DNA of 64,000 nt from Candidatus Taylorbacteria bacterium RIFCSPHIGHO2_01_FULL_46_22b (GCA_001820875.1 MHRF01000010.1:3371-67370), one strand, 5' to 3'; shown: positions 1 to 10,000, counted from the stretch's first letter. Numbers and translations are program-made. Notes: generated by a model from the letters alone, not told the origin.

Positions 1-356
1 CCTAGTTTATGCCACAACTGCAATCCAGCCGTAAGATTAGTGGGACCTGTCTCAACTGGTGGCTGACCAAAACTATTTATACTCTCGGTCCCATTTCCTG
101 AAGGAAAATTTGATAGACCTCCAAACTTAATCCACCCAATATTGTCTGACCACGCATAGCCCGTCAGGGCACCGCTGTCTTGCTTAAAAACTCCTCCTCC
201 TGAAATGGGAGGTGCAAGATCAATCCACCCGATTGTATCGGACCATCCATAACCCGTAATCGAAACTGGTGCGGCGAGAGAGTGTAAGGGAAAAATAACC
301 GAGAGTGCTAATACTCCAAGCGTACTCCAGATCATATTGTGCAAAAAGTAACGCAC
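1..356 (-). CDS. N-terminal part of a secreted/surface protein with GY(G/A)WSDxIGWI repeats (runs off the window)
   Basis: Manual translation: MIWSTLGVLALSVIFPLHSLAAPVSITGYGWSDTIGWIDL...LTGYAWSDNIGWIKFGG...NLTAGLQLWHKL. Signal peptide present, frame open to the window edge. Start is GTG 356 or ATG 335. Not in the ORF track. Confidence 0.8.
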   Translation of the reverse strand, partial: MRYFLHNMIWSTLGVLALSVIFPLHSLAAPVSITGYGWSDTIGWIDLAPPISGGGVFKQDSGALTGYAWSDNIGWIKFGGLSNFPSGNGTESINSFGQPPVETGPTNLTAGLQLWHKL

Positions 357-369
357 AATACACGGGAAG

Positions 370-996
370 CTAATTCTGTTTTGCACACATAATGGTAAGA
401 TCGCCGACACCATTATCGAATCCCTGCGTCACACATCCATTCGGGTATGGCCAAACACGCGGTGCATCAACTTTATCCGTAGCCAGAAAACATCCGGTAA
501 TATACCACCCATTAGCACTATTGCATGCCAATCCATCCATGTCAGCGAAATCTGTATCCTGACAAACTGTATTTGATATATCGTCCGTATACGTTGGAGC
601 TCCGCCGTTAGACTTTGGATTAGTACATGGTCTAGAGTGTGCATTCAAACCCGCCCCAACAGTATTAACGGCACTTACGGGACTCTCTCCTAAATATCCT
701 AATCCAAGAAAATAAATAAGGGTTCCAACATCATTTCTAGTAACTTGAACAACCTTAAGAGTTCCCTGTGTGCTTAAACATCTCTCGGGACCTGTGCCAT
801 TAGGTGTTTTGGTGCAAATATCTCCACCCTTTACTTGTTTGCTGTTGCCGACATTAATCGGCGCCGTGACATTACCATCTGGTGGCGACTGCGTTGGACC
901 TGTCCATGCAAACAAATAGCCAATGCCAAGCGAAAAAGTCAGCACGAGAAACGAAAACAGAGACGCTCGCAAAACTTCAAGTGAAATTTTCTTCAT
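370..996 (-). CDS. Secreted protein with WTGPT..PP.GNV.APINVG...Q.K.G N-terminal motif and Cys-rich C-terminus
   Basis: Signal/TM segment followed by a motif I associate with CPR surface proteins; several cysteines; 13 nt from the downstream gene. Confidence 0.8.
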   Translation of the reverse strand: MKKISLEVLRASLFSFLVLTFSLGIGYLFAWTGPTQSPPDGNVTAPINVGNSKQVKGGDICTKTPNGTGPERCLSTQGTLKVVQVTRNDVGTLIYFLGLGYLGESPVSAVNTVGAGLNAHSRPCTNPKSNGGAPTYTDDISNTVCQDTDFADMDGLACNSANGWYITGCFLATDKVDAPRVWPYPNGCVTQGFDNGVGDLTIMCAKQN

Positions 997-1126
997 AAAA
1001 AGGAAAAGCTATTTATTCGCTCTTAAAATACTTCTTTAGTATATCACGCATAAAAGGTGAAAAAACTGTTGATAACCCTCGATTTTAAGCCATTTATGCG
1101 CCTTCGCGAAAGACTTGATTTTTAGC

Positions 1127-1155
1127 TTTCATTTTTTGACAAAATATGCTATAAT
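1127..1155 (+). promoter_or_regulatory. Sigma70 promoter for 1236..2267
   Basis: TTTCAT-N17-TATAAT with extended TGn; SD AAGGAG before the ATG. Confidence 0.5.
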
Positions 1156-1235
1156 TGGTATAGGAGACAGTTCTCCGAAAGTTTCAATAACCAAGAGTGG
1201 CGTAGGCCCTCACAACCAAGAAAGGAGATCTCGCC

Positions 1236-2267
1236 ATGAAAGCGATTCTTCTGTCAGCATTAGTTCTGGTTGCGGGGACACTTGTCGTCTCCGCACAACA
1301 AGTGAGGGTGGCTTCAATGCCAAACCTCACCTCCCTTCCGCTTGGGTCGCGGGAAGTTCTCAGTGCTCAAGTGGAGAAAGAGTGCACAAAGTTCTTCGTT
1401 GGGGTAAGTCTTCCCAACACCGAGGACTATTACCTCGGGCACCAGTTCCCCTACGATGTTTCGCAGGGACCGCTCTGTGATGCGATCAAGCGAGCGATGG
1501 TTGAAGTCATCGACTACAACCTACGTTCGACTGATCCGCGAACTAATGCGGAAATTGCATTTCTGATCGTCGGAGCCAATGTGGCCCTGAACTCTCCGTT
1601 CTACACGGACAAACGTTTGGAGTCCTTCCCGCTCGTATGGGACAGTCAGGGGAAGTTCGTCCCCTCACCTGAGCTTGGGAAGACACTCACGCGCTGGCCT
1701 CTGGTCAAATGGGTCCCGGTCAGCAACGTGCTAACCAACGTCGAACAGGTGGAGTATATTCTTCGGGACCCGAAAAGGCCTCTCACACAGCCACCAAACA
1801 AATCCAGAAACAGTGCCAATGGGATGGACCCTGGAAGTGTGATCCATGAGTCCACCAAAACAAACGGGCACTTGTATTTGGATCTTGACTTCATCGATCC
1901 GGATATGATCCGATCGAACGGATGGGGTGGAGTGGTACGTTTCTACTACCACTGGGATATCTACAATCCGTATAGCAAGACCTTTGAGGACTACGATGTC
2001 CTCACAGGGCAGAAGGTTCGCTCCACCTTCACCACTCTCGAGATCAAACTCGTCAACGGCCAACCGCAGGTCATCATCAGCGGTTTTCCGGGGACAAAAG
2101 TCGCCCTCGAGACAACGCCAGACCTGAAGGTCTGGACTGAACGAGCGCAGATTACGCTCGACGAGGACGGCACAGGGACGTATCCCCTTCCATCCTACGA
2201 GCCGACGAGGCCAGAGCCTCTGCCGGCAGAGTTCTTCCGGACTCGATACCTGATTCCAGGTCTTTAG
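1236..2267 (+). CDS. Secreted hypothetical protein with C-terminal G..G....LE...DL..W...FFR domain
   Basis: 343 aa ORF, signal peptide MKAILLSALVLVAGTLVVSA, SD, own terminator; visibly GC-richer than its neighbours. Confidence 0.85.
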   Translation: MKAILLSALVLVAGTLVVSAQQVRVASMPNLTSLPLGSREVLSAQVEKECTKFFVGVSLPNTEDYYLGHQFPYDVSQGPLCDAIKRAMVEVIDYNLRSTDPRTNAEIAFLIVGANVALNSPFYTDKRLESFPLVWDSQGKFVPSPELGKTLTRWPLVKWVPVSNVLTNVEQVEYILRDPKRPLTQPPNKSRNSANGMDPGSVIHESTKTNGHLYLDLDFIDPDMIRSNGWGGVVRFYYHWDIYNPYSKTFEDYDVLTGQKVRSTFTTLEIKLVNGQPQVIISGFPGTKVALETTPDLKVWTERAQITLDEDGTGTYPLPSYEPTRPEPLPAEFFRTRYLIPGL

Positions 2268-2279
2268 TCCGAATTTCAC

Positions 2280-2316
2280 AGGGGTCGCAACTACGGTTGC
2301 GACCCCTCTTCTTTTT
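2280..2316 (+). terminator. Rho-independent terminator
   Basis: AGGGGTCGCAAC-TACG-GTTGCGACCCCT followed by a T-rich tract. Confidence 0.85.
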
Positions 2317-2338
2317 CCACAAATCAAAACATTGAAAA

Positions 2339-2402
2339 TTGACAAACAGGATCAATTTTGTATACTACTCAATGTGAAGTTCGCCCACCGGCGGGCTTTT
2401 TT
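2339..2402 (+). promoter_or_regulatory. nusA promoter with leader terminator (attenuator)
   Basis: TTGACA-N16-TATACT (2339-2366), then AAGTTCGCC-CACC-GGCGGGCTT + T run. Confidence 0.6.
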
Positions 2403-2464
2403 AGTAACCAGTAAGAAGGTAGAGGTATAATAGAAAAATAAACACTACTCGTTAACAATCAATT

Positions 2465-3628
2465 ATGTTATTCGATCTCAAAGTCATAAAGTCGGTACTC
2501 GATCAATTACAAGAGGAACGAGGTATCCCAAAAGAAAAGGTGCTCGAAGCCATCGCGATGGCGCTCGCGACTGCGTACAAAAAAGAGTACGGGAAAAAGG
2601 GGCAGATCGTCCGAGCAACATTTGATCCCGAAACTGGAAAAACTGATTTTTATCAGGTGAAAGTGGTCGTGGATCCAACAAAAGTAATTATGGAAGATGA
2701 GGAGATTGAAGAGGAAACAAAAAACGAAGCAGGAGATATAGAAAAAATCCGTTTCAATTCCGAACATCATATTCTCTTGGACGATGCGAAAAAAATAAAA
2801 GGAGACGCAAAAATTGATGACGAGATTGTCTTCCCACTTGAGACCAAGTCTGACTACGGCCGTATTGCTGCCCAGACTGCAAAACAAGTGATTATCCAAA
2901 AGATTCGCGAGGCCGAAAAAACTTCAGTCATGGAGGAATTCGGCAAGCGACAAGGTGAGGTCGTGAGCGGAACCGTTCAGCGTATTGAACGTGGGAACTT
3001 GTTTGTTGATATGGGACGCACCAACGCGATCTTGCCGTATGAAGAACAAATCCCTGGGGAACGCTACCGACAAGGAGAACGTATCCGTGCATACCTATAC
3101 AAAGTTGAAGAAACACCTAAAGGCGTGTTCCTCAAACTTTCCCGCGCGCATCCAAAATTCTTGGAGAAACTGTTCTCTATCGAAACACCTGAAATAGCTA
3201 ATGGAGTCGTGGAAATCAAAGCCATTGCCCGTGAAGCCGGCTCGCGATCAAAAGTTGCGGTGGTATCTCATGACTCACACGTTGACCCTGTTGGTTCACT
3301 CGTTGGCCAACGCGGTGTCCGTGTTTCGACTGTCATGTCAGAGCTCGGCGGAGAAAAGATAGACATTATTGAGTGGTCTGCCAATCCTAAGCAATTTATT
3401 GAAGACGCGCTCTCCCCTGCTCGAGTAATCTCGGTTGAAGTGATTGACGAAACACAAATGCAGGCTAAAGTAACGGTAGCAGGCGACCAGCAATCACTTG
3501 CTATCGGCAAAGGAGGACAAAATGTGCGCCTTGCAGCCAAACTCACCGGCTGGCGCATTGATATTCAATCGTCTGATGTGCCCGAAGGAGCAAACCCTTC
3601 TGAAGCTGATGGCGCAAAATCAGCGTAA
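2465..3628 (+). CDS. nusA: Transcription termination/antitermination factor NusA
   Basis: YGRIAAQTAKQVI, S1 and KH domains, AREAGSRSKVAV, AIGKGGQNVRLAAKLTGWRIDI. Confidence 0.98.
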   Translation: MLFDLKVIKSVLDQLQEERGIPKEKVLEAIAMALATAYKKEYGKKGQIVRATFDPETGKTDFYQVKVVVDPTKVIMEDEEIEEETKNEAGDIEKIRFNSEHHILLDDAKKIKGDAKIDDEIVFPLETKSDYGRIAAQTAKQVIIQKIREAEKTSVMEEFGKRQGEVVSGTVQRIERGNLFVDMGRTNAILPYEEQIPGERYRQGERIRAYLYKVEETPKGVFLKLSRAHPKFLEKLFSIETPEIANGVVEIKAIAREAGSRSKVAVVSHDSHVDPVGSLVGQRGVRVSTVMSELGGEKIDIIEWSANPKQFIEDALSPARVISVEVIDETQMQAKVTVAGDQQSLAIGKGGQNVRLAAKLTGWRIDIQSSDVPEGANPSEADGAKSA

Positions 3629-3661
3629 TTAATTTTTTATTACTTTTAAAACGTACCTATC

Positions 3662-5659
3662 ATGAACCCGTTCGTGTTATTTGCTCTCATTAGTTCAGTA
3701 ATCGCAATCATCTACGGTCTTATACTTGCATACAATATAAACAAGCAGCCTGCCGGAAATGCACGTATGCAGGAGATTTCGTCCGCAATCCGCGAAGGTG
3801 CAAAAGCCTATTTGAATCGCCAGTACAAAACGATTGGGGCAATCGCTATTATTCTCACACTCATTCTTGGCGCCTCGCTTGGTTTGAAAATGGCAGCTGG
3901 ATTCTTGGTCGGCGCCATTTTCTCAGCTCTCGCAGGCTATATTGGAATGAACGTCTCTGTTCGCGCAAACGTACGCACAGCTGAAGCCGCACGCAAAGGA
4001 TTGGGAGCAGCGCTCTCCCTTGCTTTCCGCGGAGGTGCAGTCACCGGACTCTTAGTCGTCGGACTTGCACTTCTTGGCGTAACTGGATTTTACGCGATAA
4101 CTGCAGATGTAACGGCACTCATTGGACTTGGATTCGGTGCTTCTCTTATCAGTGTCTTCGCGCGACTTGGAGGCGGAATTTTCACTAAAGCTGCCGACGT
4201 AGGAACTGACCTTGTGGGAAAAGTCGAAGCAGGAATTCCTGAAGATGACCCTCGAAATGCAGGAGTGATCGCAGACAACGTAGGAGACAATGTCGGCGAC
4301 TGCGCCGGCATGGCCGCGGACTTGTTTGAGACATATGCAGTTACCTCGGTAGCAACAATGCTTCTTGGTTCTCTGCTTTTCCCTGATTTTGTAAATGCCA
4401 TTCTCTATCCGCTCGTACTTGGCGCAGCCGCTATCATTGCGTCAATTATTGGTACATGGTTCGTGCGCCTCGGAAAAGGGAAAAATATCATGGGAGCTCT
4501 TTACAAAGGACTGATCGCGGCGGGAATTCTTTCGGCGATTGCCTTCTATCCAATCACTGCAATTCTGATGGAGGGAAATGGAGTGTACACAACACTTGAT
4601 CTCTTTATCGCCGCACTCACCGGACTCGTCGTCACTGGACTCTTGGTCTGGATCACCGAGTACTACACTGCAACCAAATACAAGCCAGTGCAATCAATTG
4701 CAGCCGCCTCTCTTTCCGGCCATGGCACCAATATTATCCAAGGTCTTGCTATCTCAATGAAATCGACAGCTCTTCCAGCTCTGGTAATTGTAGGCGGAAT
4801 TCTTATCACCTATCAATTTGCAGGTCTTTATGGAATCGCGGTTGCTGCCATGTCCATGCTTTCCATGGCAGGCATTATTGTCGCTATCGATGCCTATGGC
4901 CCTATCACTGACAATGCAGGGGGTATTGCTGAAATGGCGAATCTCCCGCAGGAAATACGCGACATCACTGATCCACTTGACGCTGTCGGCAACACCACCA
5001 AAGCCGTCACTAAAGGATATGCGATTGGATCGGCAGGATTGGCAGCACTCGTACTCTTTGCTTCGTACACACAAGAATTCGCCAATATGGGGAGCGAACT
5101 CACTTTTGCACTGGGTGATCCGAAAGTCCTTGTCGGATTGTTTATCGGAGGACTTCTCCCCTATTACTTTGCTGCACTCGCGATGGAAGCAGTCGGAAAA
5201 ACTGCCGGAGCAGTCGTCACTGAAGTACGCCGACAATTCAGAGAAATCAAAGGCATTATGGACGGAAGTGCAAAACCAGATTACGCACGAGCCGTTGATA
5301 TCGTCACTAGCGCTGCCATCAAACAAATGATTGTGCCTGCATTGATTCCAGTACTCGCACCAATTGTGGTCGGGTTTGTCCTAGGGCCAGTAGCACTCGG
5401 CGGATTGCTGGTGGGTTCTATCATCACCGGACTCTTTGTTGCAATCTCGATGACGTCAGGCGGTGGCGCATGGGATAACGCAAAAAAATACATTGAATCT
5501 GGTAACCATGGGGGAAAAGGTAGCGAGGCTCACAAAGCGGCCGTTACGGGAGACACCGTCGGTGATCCGTATAAAGATACGGCGGGGCCTGCGATTAATC
5601 CTATGATCAAGATATTAAATATTGTTGCTCTGCTTTTGGTAGGTCTTCTCGCCAAGTAA
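3662..5659 (+). CDS. hppA: Membrane H+-translocating pyrophosphatase, K+-independent signature
   Basis: [35 protein letters not shown] (Lys at the K+-dependence position), [11 protein letters not shown]. Confidence 0.97.
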   Translation: MNPFVLFALISSVIAIIYGLILAYNINKQPAGNARMQEISSAIREGAKAYLNRQYKTIGAIAIILTLILGASLGLKMAAGFLVGAIFSALAGYIGMNVSVRANVRTAEAARKGLGAALSLAFRGGAVTGLLVVGLALLGVTGFYAITADVTALIGLGFGASLISVFARLGGGIFTKAADVGTDLVGKVEAGIPEDDPRNAGVIADNVGDNVGDCAGMAADLFETYAVTSVATMLLGSLLFPDFVNAILYPLVLGAAAIIASIIGTWFVRLGKGKNIMGALYKGLIAAGILSAIAFYPITAILMEGNGVYTTLDLFIAALTGLVVTGLLVWITEYYTATKYKPVQSIAAASLSGHGTNIIQGLAISMKSTALPALVIVGGILITYQFAGLYGIAVAAMSMLSMAGIIVAIDAYGPITDNAGGIAEMANLPQEIRDITDPLDAVGNTTKAVTKGYAIGSAGLAALVLFASYTQEFANMGSELTFALGDPKVLVGLFIGGLLPYYFAALAMEAVGKTAGAVVTEVRRQFREIKGIMDGSAKPDYARAVDIVTSAAIKQMIVPALIPVLAPIVVGFVLGPVALGGLLVGSIITGLFVAISMTSGGGAWDNAKKYIESGNHGGKGSEAHKAAVTGDTVGDPYKDTAGPAINPMIKILNIVALLLVGLLAK

Positions 5660-5776
5660 TCTTTATACGGATCGGGGAAGGGGTCGGGAAACGGGAGTTT
5701 CCCGTGTCGGAGAGCAGTTCCGAGTCTTCGAGGAACGTTGAGAACCGTGGGTTCTCAAGAAGCGAAACGACGATTT
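5659..5776 (+). mobile_element. Small structured insertion at the hppA 3' end (inverted target copy + hairpin core)
   Basis: 5659-5673 is the exact reverse complement of 5564-5578; core 5674-5760 is homologous to 38865-38959 (minus strand). Confidence 0.7.
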
Positions 5777-5867
5777 GTATAAAGATACGGCGGGGCCTGC
5801 GATTAATCCTATGATTAAAATACTGAACATTGTAGCGCTACCATTAGTCGGACTCTTGGCAAAGTAA
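5777..5867 (+). pseudogene. Displaced duplicate of the hppA 3' end ([29 protein letters not shown])
   Basis: First 39 nt identical to 5569-5607; remainder differs almost only at synonymous sites. Confidence 0.9.
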
Positions 5868-5880
5868 AAGAATCTCCTCT

Positions 5881-5919
5881 AGAAAAACCTAAGCTTTCAC
5901 AGCTTGGGTTTTTCTTTTT
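5881..5919 (+). terminator. Terminator of nusA-hppA
   Basis: AGAAAAACCTAAGCT-TTCAC-AGCTTGGGTTTTTCT + T run. Confidence 0.8.
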
Positions 5920-5995
5920 ATGCCTTGTTGCAACTCACACTCATCAAGTATAATAGGTGACACAACGAGAGCATATTAGAAAAAATTTTATCTAC

Positions 5996-6796
5996 ATGAA
6001 TATCATCAAAACTGCCGGACTTTTAGGCGCACTAATACTCACTGCATCAGCATCAGTAGTGTCTGCTGAAACAGACGCAGTAGGTACAGCAAATACAACT
6101 CAGTATAAAACTGCATCTACAACGCTTCGCGAGAAAGCCTTGTATGAAAAAGAACTCTTGCAGAAACAACGAGAAGAAATGCAAGCAAAAAATGCTGCTG
6201 CACGTGAACAAATAAAAAATACGGCATCAACCACAAGAGCTGATGTAAAAGAAAAAGTCCAGACGACTCGTGAACAAATAAAAAATACCGCATCGACTAC
6301 TCGATCAGATATACAAGACAGGGCACAAGCAGCACGCGAACAAATCAAGAACAATGCTTCAACTACGCGAGCCGCTATCAAAGCGCGTCTTGACGAACAG
6401 CGCCAGCGCATGATTACCGCGTACGGAGAAAGAACCGTAAATCGATTCAATGCCGCAATAGAAAGACTCACCAATATTGCAGATCGGATCGGCTCACGAC
6501 TTGATAAGCTCGCAGCAGAGGGAATTTCAGTCGACACCGCCCGCGCAAAACTAGCCGTTGCACGAACAGCCATTGCTGACGCAGCAGCCTCGATCGGAAG
6601 TATTATTGACGCAATTGGCACACTCAATGCGTCCGATGATCCAAAAACAGAACTCGAAAGTGTGCGCACAATTATCAAGTCTGTTGAAGAAAAGATAAAG
6701 AAGGCGCATGAAGCGCTCGTAGAAGCCCTTAACTCGGTACAACCTAGAATTAATCGGGCTACCTCCACTCCAGAAAATAACAATGGATCAAATTAA
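5996..6796 (+). CDS. Secreted coiled-coil protein with REQIKN(T/N)ASTTR repeats
   Basis: Signal peptide from ATG 5996; three 22-aa repeats; Ala/Glu/Lys-rich helical sequence. Confidence 0.85.
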   Translation: MNIIKTAGLLGALILTASASVVSAETDAVGTANTTQYKTASTTLREKALYEKELLQKQREEMQAKNAAAREQIKNTASTTRADVKEKVQTTREQIKNTASTTRSDIQDRAQAAREQIKNNASTTRAAIKARLDEQRQRMITAYGERTVNRFNAAIERLTNIADRIGSRLDKLAAEGISVDTARAKLAVARTAIADAAASIGSIIDAIGTLNASDDPKTELESVRTIIKSVEEKIKKAHEALVEALNSVQPRINRATSTPENNNGSN

Positions 6797-6815
6797 ATAT
6801 TAATAACAAATAACC

Positions 6816-7166
6816 ATGGACCAAACGCAAATGAACCAGCCGGCTTCTGCCCCACAAACCCCCTCACAACCGATGCCACCAATACAACAAAATCAGAAAT
6901 CGGTTGGTCCCATAATTGGCATCATTATTATTATTGTTGTGCTCTTGGTGGGCGCTCTCTACTTCTGGGGAGGCACATTAAACAAAAGTACTATGCCAAT
7001 TGAATCGCCAGAACAAATTTCTGCTGGCACTGACACTGTGGTAAGCGGACTGCAAACGGTAGGTGTAACAGATTCGCTCGAAGATATCAGCGCCGACCTC
7101 AATGCAACCGATGTCAGTAGTTTAGACGATTCAGATAATATCGAAAGCGTGGTTAACTCGCAGTAA
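6816..7166 (+). CDS. Single-pass membrane protein
   Basis: Pro/Gln N-terminus, TM GPIIGIIIIIVVLLVGALYFW, acidic tail. Confidence 0.85.
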   Translation: MDQTQMNQPASAPQTPSQPMPPIQQNQKSVGPIIGIIIIIVVLLVGALYFWGGTLNKSTMPIESPEQISAGTDTVVSGLQTVGVTDSLEDISADLNATDVSSLDDSDNIESVVNSQ

Positions 7167-7182
7167 CTCCTTCGGCTATTTC

Positions 7183-7226
7183 TACATAAAACACCTTTGC
7201 ATCTATATGCAAAGGTGTTTTATGTA
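7183..7226. terminator. Perfect 19-bp inverted repeat terminator
   Basis: TACATAAAACACCTTTGCA-TCTATA-TGCAAAGGTGTTTTATGTA. Confidence 0.85.
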
Positions 7227-7271
7227 ATACAGTGGCAAATCAACACGCGGATGTGGTAGACTGAAAAACCT

Positions 7272-8309
7272 ATGGCAAAAATCATCTATACAGTTATCAG
7301 CGAAAAGGAAGCAGGCAAATCGACGAAAGAATTCGAGATTGAAATTCCGACAGAAGAATTCGAAAAATTCAGAAAGCTAGCTCTGCATAAAGCAGTACAA
7401 AACGCCGAGATTTCCGGTTTCCGCAAAGGAAAAGCCCCTGAAGCAATCGTACTTAAGACAGTTGGAGAAATGGCAATACTTCAGGAAGCGGCCGACGAAG
7501 CCATTCACGAAGCAATTATCGGGGTATTGTCAGAAAAACAAATACGATTTATCGGTCAGCCCCACGCAACGCTTACCAAACTTGCGCCGCACAATCCCCT
7601 GCAATTTAAGATTACAGTCGCGCTGGTCCCTGAATTAACCCTTCCTGAATACAAAAAAATTGCTGCCAAAGAAAACGAAAAACCTCTGCCTGAATCTGCC
7701 GTCACCGATGAAGAACTCAAAACATCGCTCGATCACATCAAGAAAATACTCGCGGGACAAACAGGAGAATCACCAAAAGAGACAGTGGTTGTGCCCGAAC
7801 TTACCGACGAGACCGTAAAAAAACTCGGCAACTTCAAGACAGTGGCAGAATTTACCGAAAAACTCCGCGCCGATCTCTTAAGCGACAAGCAGACCCGCAA
7901 TCGCGAGAAAAGAGTGCTTGAGATTATCGAAAACATCGTTTCGAATACCAAAGGAGATATTCCGGAAGCACTCGTAGAACATGAGTTGGATAGAATTGAA
8001 TCGGAGTTTATGCACGACATTGAGCGGATCGGCATGAAACCAGAGGAATATCTCAAAAAAATTAATAAGACAAAAGAAGTCTTGCGAAAAGAGTGGTTCG
8101 GAAATGCAGAAAAACGGGCGAAGTTTGAATTAGTTCTCCCCCGCATTGCTGCCGCAGAAAAAATTACTGTTCCAGCAGAAGACATCGAACGCGAAACGAC
8201 TCACCTGCTTGAACACTACAAAGATGCAGACAAAGAAACAGCAAAACTCTATATTGAGCGCACACTCTTGCGACAGCATGTGCTCAAGTTCTTGGAAAAC
8301 CAGAAATAG
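7272..8309 (+). CDS. tig: Trigger factor lacking the PPIase domain
   Basis: GFRKGKAP ribosome-binding motif; 345 aa; PELTDE follows directly after the N-domain linker. Confidence 0.92.
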   Translation: MAKIIYTVISEKEAGKSTKEFEIEIPTEEFEKFRKLALHKAVQNAEISGFRKGKAPEAIVLKTVGEMAILQEAADEAIHEAIIGVLSEKQIRFIGQPHATLTKLAPHNPLQFKITVALVPELTLPEYKKIAAKENEKPLPESAVTDEELKTSLDHIKKILAGQTGESPKETVVVPELTDETVKKLGNFKTVAEFTEKLRADLLSDKQTRNREKRVLEIIENIVSNTKGDIPEALVEHELDRIESEFMHDIERIGMKPEEYLKKINKTKEVLRKEWFGNAEKRAKFELVLPRIAAAEKITVPAEDIERETTHLLEHYKDADKETAKLYIERTLLRQHVLKFLENQK

Positions 8310-8313
8310 AATC

Positions 8314-9015
8314 CTAGAGGAGAATCAGAGAGGAGATTGCGATGGCGGCGGTTTCACTTCGGAGTATCAAGTTGCTGAATGAGAGAATCGGCACGTTTTT
8401 TTGCTTGAATAAATCGATTTCACGGTCGCTCCAGCCTCCTTCAGGGCCAATAAACACTGCAAGATGCTGTTCGTTAATGAAATCGAGTTTGTTGAATCGT
8501 GGCGCATCAGGATGAAACACAACGGACTTCGCATCATACTGCCCGAATGATTCCTCAAGTTTCATCACTTCGTAAAATTTGGGAAGTGTCGGGCGGCCAC
8601 ACTGCTCACTTGCTTCCACCACAATCTTTTTGCATCGCGGGAAGTTTAAACTCTTTTTTTCGCTACGATCTGCAAGAATCGGCATGAACCGAGATACACC
8701 AAGCTCGGTGCCTTTTTGTAAAACCCATTCAAATTTGTCATTTTTGATCAACGATTGGAACAAAAAAACCTCTTGAGAAACCTGATTCTTGCTTTCAAGC
8801 TCTTTGCGAACAACAAGTGTAGCGCCACCGGGAGAAATTCCTGAAAATTCGCAGACAAATTCTGAACCTGAATCATCGAGCAACACCACTTGATCTCCTG
8901 TATTGAATCGGAATACCCGTAGCCATTGGTGAATCTTCTCGGGATCGGCAATAAGCAGTTCCTGCCCCACCTGTTTGCCTAACTTCTGTTCAATAAAAAA
9001 ATGATGTAGACGCAT
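8314..9015 (-). CDS. rsmE: 16S rRNA m3U1498 methyltransferase
   Basis: QKGTELGV, EASEQCGR, IGPEGGWS, ILRSETAA. Confidence 0.95.
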   Translation of the reverse strand: MRLHHFFIEQKLGKQVGQELLIADPEKIHQWLRVFRFNTGDQVVLLDDSGSEFVCEFSGISPGGATLVVRKELESKNQVSQEVFLFQSLIKNDKFEWVLQKGTELGVSRFMPILADRSEKKSLNFPRCKKIVVEASEQCGRPTLPKFYEVMKLEESFGQYDAKSVVFHPDAPRFNKLDFINEQHLAVFIGPEGGWSDREIDLFKQKNVPILSFSNLILRSETAAIAISSLILL

Positions 9016-9130
9016 CGCTTCATTTTACCTTGTTCACCCACAAACAAAAAGGTAACTAGTGTGCACTGATGGCAAATAAGAAAATTTTTTGTTATACTGC
9101 ACGAGCATTATTCAGATATACATTTCCCCT

Positions 9131-9730
9131 ATGAAAAACCCTTCAAACCAAATTTTGATACCGACGGTTATCGAAAAAACAAGCTATGGCGAGCGGTCAT
9201 TTGATATATACTCACGCCTCCTGAAAGATCGGATTATTTTTCTCGGAGGACCTATTGACGATCATGTTGCGAATATCATTGTCGCGCAACTTCTCTTCCT
9301 TCAGTCGGAAGATTCAAAAAAAGACATCTCTCTCTACGTAAATTCTCCGGGGGGACAAATCACTTCGGGTCTGGCAATCATCGACACCATGAACCACATA
9401 AAGCCGGCCGTTTCGACTGTTTGCGTAGGCATGGCTGCTTCCATGGGAGCGGTCATACTTGCATCAGGCGCTAAAGGAAAGCGGTATGCGCTTCCCAACG
9501 CAGAAATCATGATTCACCAACCGCACGGAGGAGCGGAGGGACAAGCAACAGATATCGAAATCAGTGCTCGGCGCATAATAAAAAATCGTGAGATACTCAA
9601 TGAAATTCTTGCACAAACAACCGGACAACCTGTCTCAAAGATAGAAAAAGATGTTGATCGCGACTTCTTCATGTCTGCCGAGGAATCAAAGAAATACGGC
9701 ATTATAGACGAAATATTCAAGACCAAATAG
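9131..9730 (+). CDS. clpP: ATP-dependent Clp protease proteolytic subunit
   Basis: [33 protein letters not shown]; ATG 9131. Confidence 0.98.
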   Translation: MKNPSNQILIPTVIEKTSYGERSFDIYSRLLKDRIIFLGGPIDDHVANIIVAQLLFLQSEDSKKDISLYVNSPGGQITSGLAIIDTMNHIKPAVSTVCVGMAASMGAVILASGAKGKRYALPNAEIMIHQPHGGAEGQATDIEISARRIIKNREILNEILAQTTGQPVSKIEKDVDRDFFMSAEESKKYGIIDEIFKTK

Positions 9731-9741
9731 ACACGCCCAAC

Positions 9742-9776
9742 TAAAAGGCCTCCGCGATAAACGCGGAGGCCTTTTA
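9742..9776. terminator. Terminator after clpP
   Basis: TAAAAGGCCTCCGCG-ATAAA-CGCGGAGGCCTTTTA. Confidence 0.85.
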
Positions 9777-9845
9777 CAAGCGGAAAATGACCTACATACG
9801 AGCAGAGACATAGACAAGGATGGGAAACTATACTACTATGAAGTC

Positions 9846-9995
9846 GTTACTATTGTTAATTATGGAATTCCATTTTTATCTGTCCAATGTTCATGAATCC
9901 TGAAAAACATTTAAACGTATCTTCTAGATTCCCCTTCTTCGAACAGTGTGGCGATCCACACGCGGCACAAGTGTAAAAACCGGAACTCCTTTTCA
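9846..9995 (+). ncRNA. Candidate 6S-like RNA or structured rny leader
   Basis: TAGACA-N17-TACTAT promoter (9811-9839); nested pairings GGAATTCC/GGAACTCC, TTTTTA/TAAAAA, TGTTC/GAACA, GAATC/GATTC; side hairpin GTGTGG-CGAT-CCACAC. Confidence 0.4.
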
Positions 9996-10000
9996 CATAT

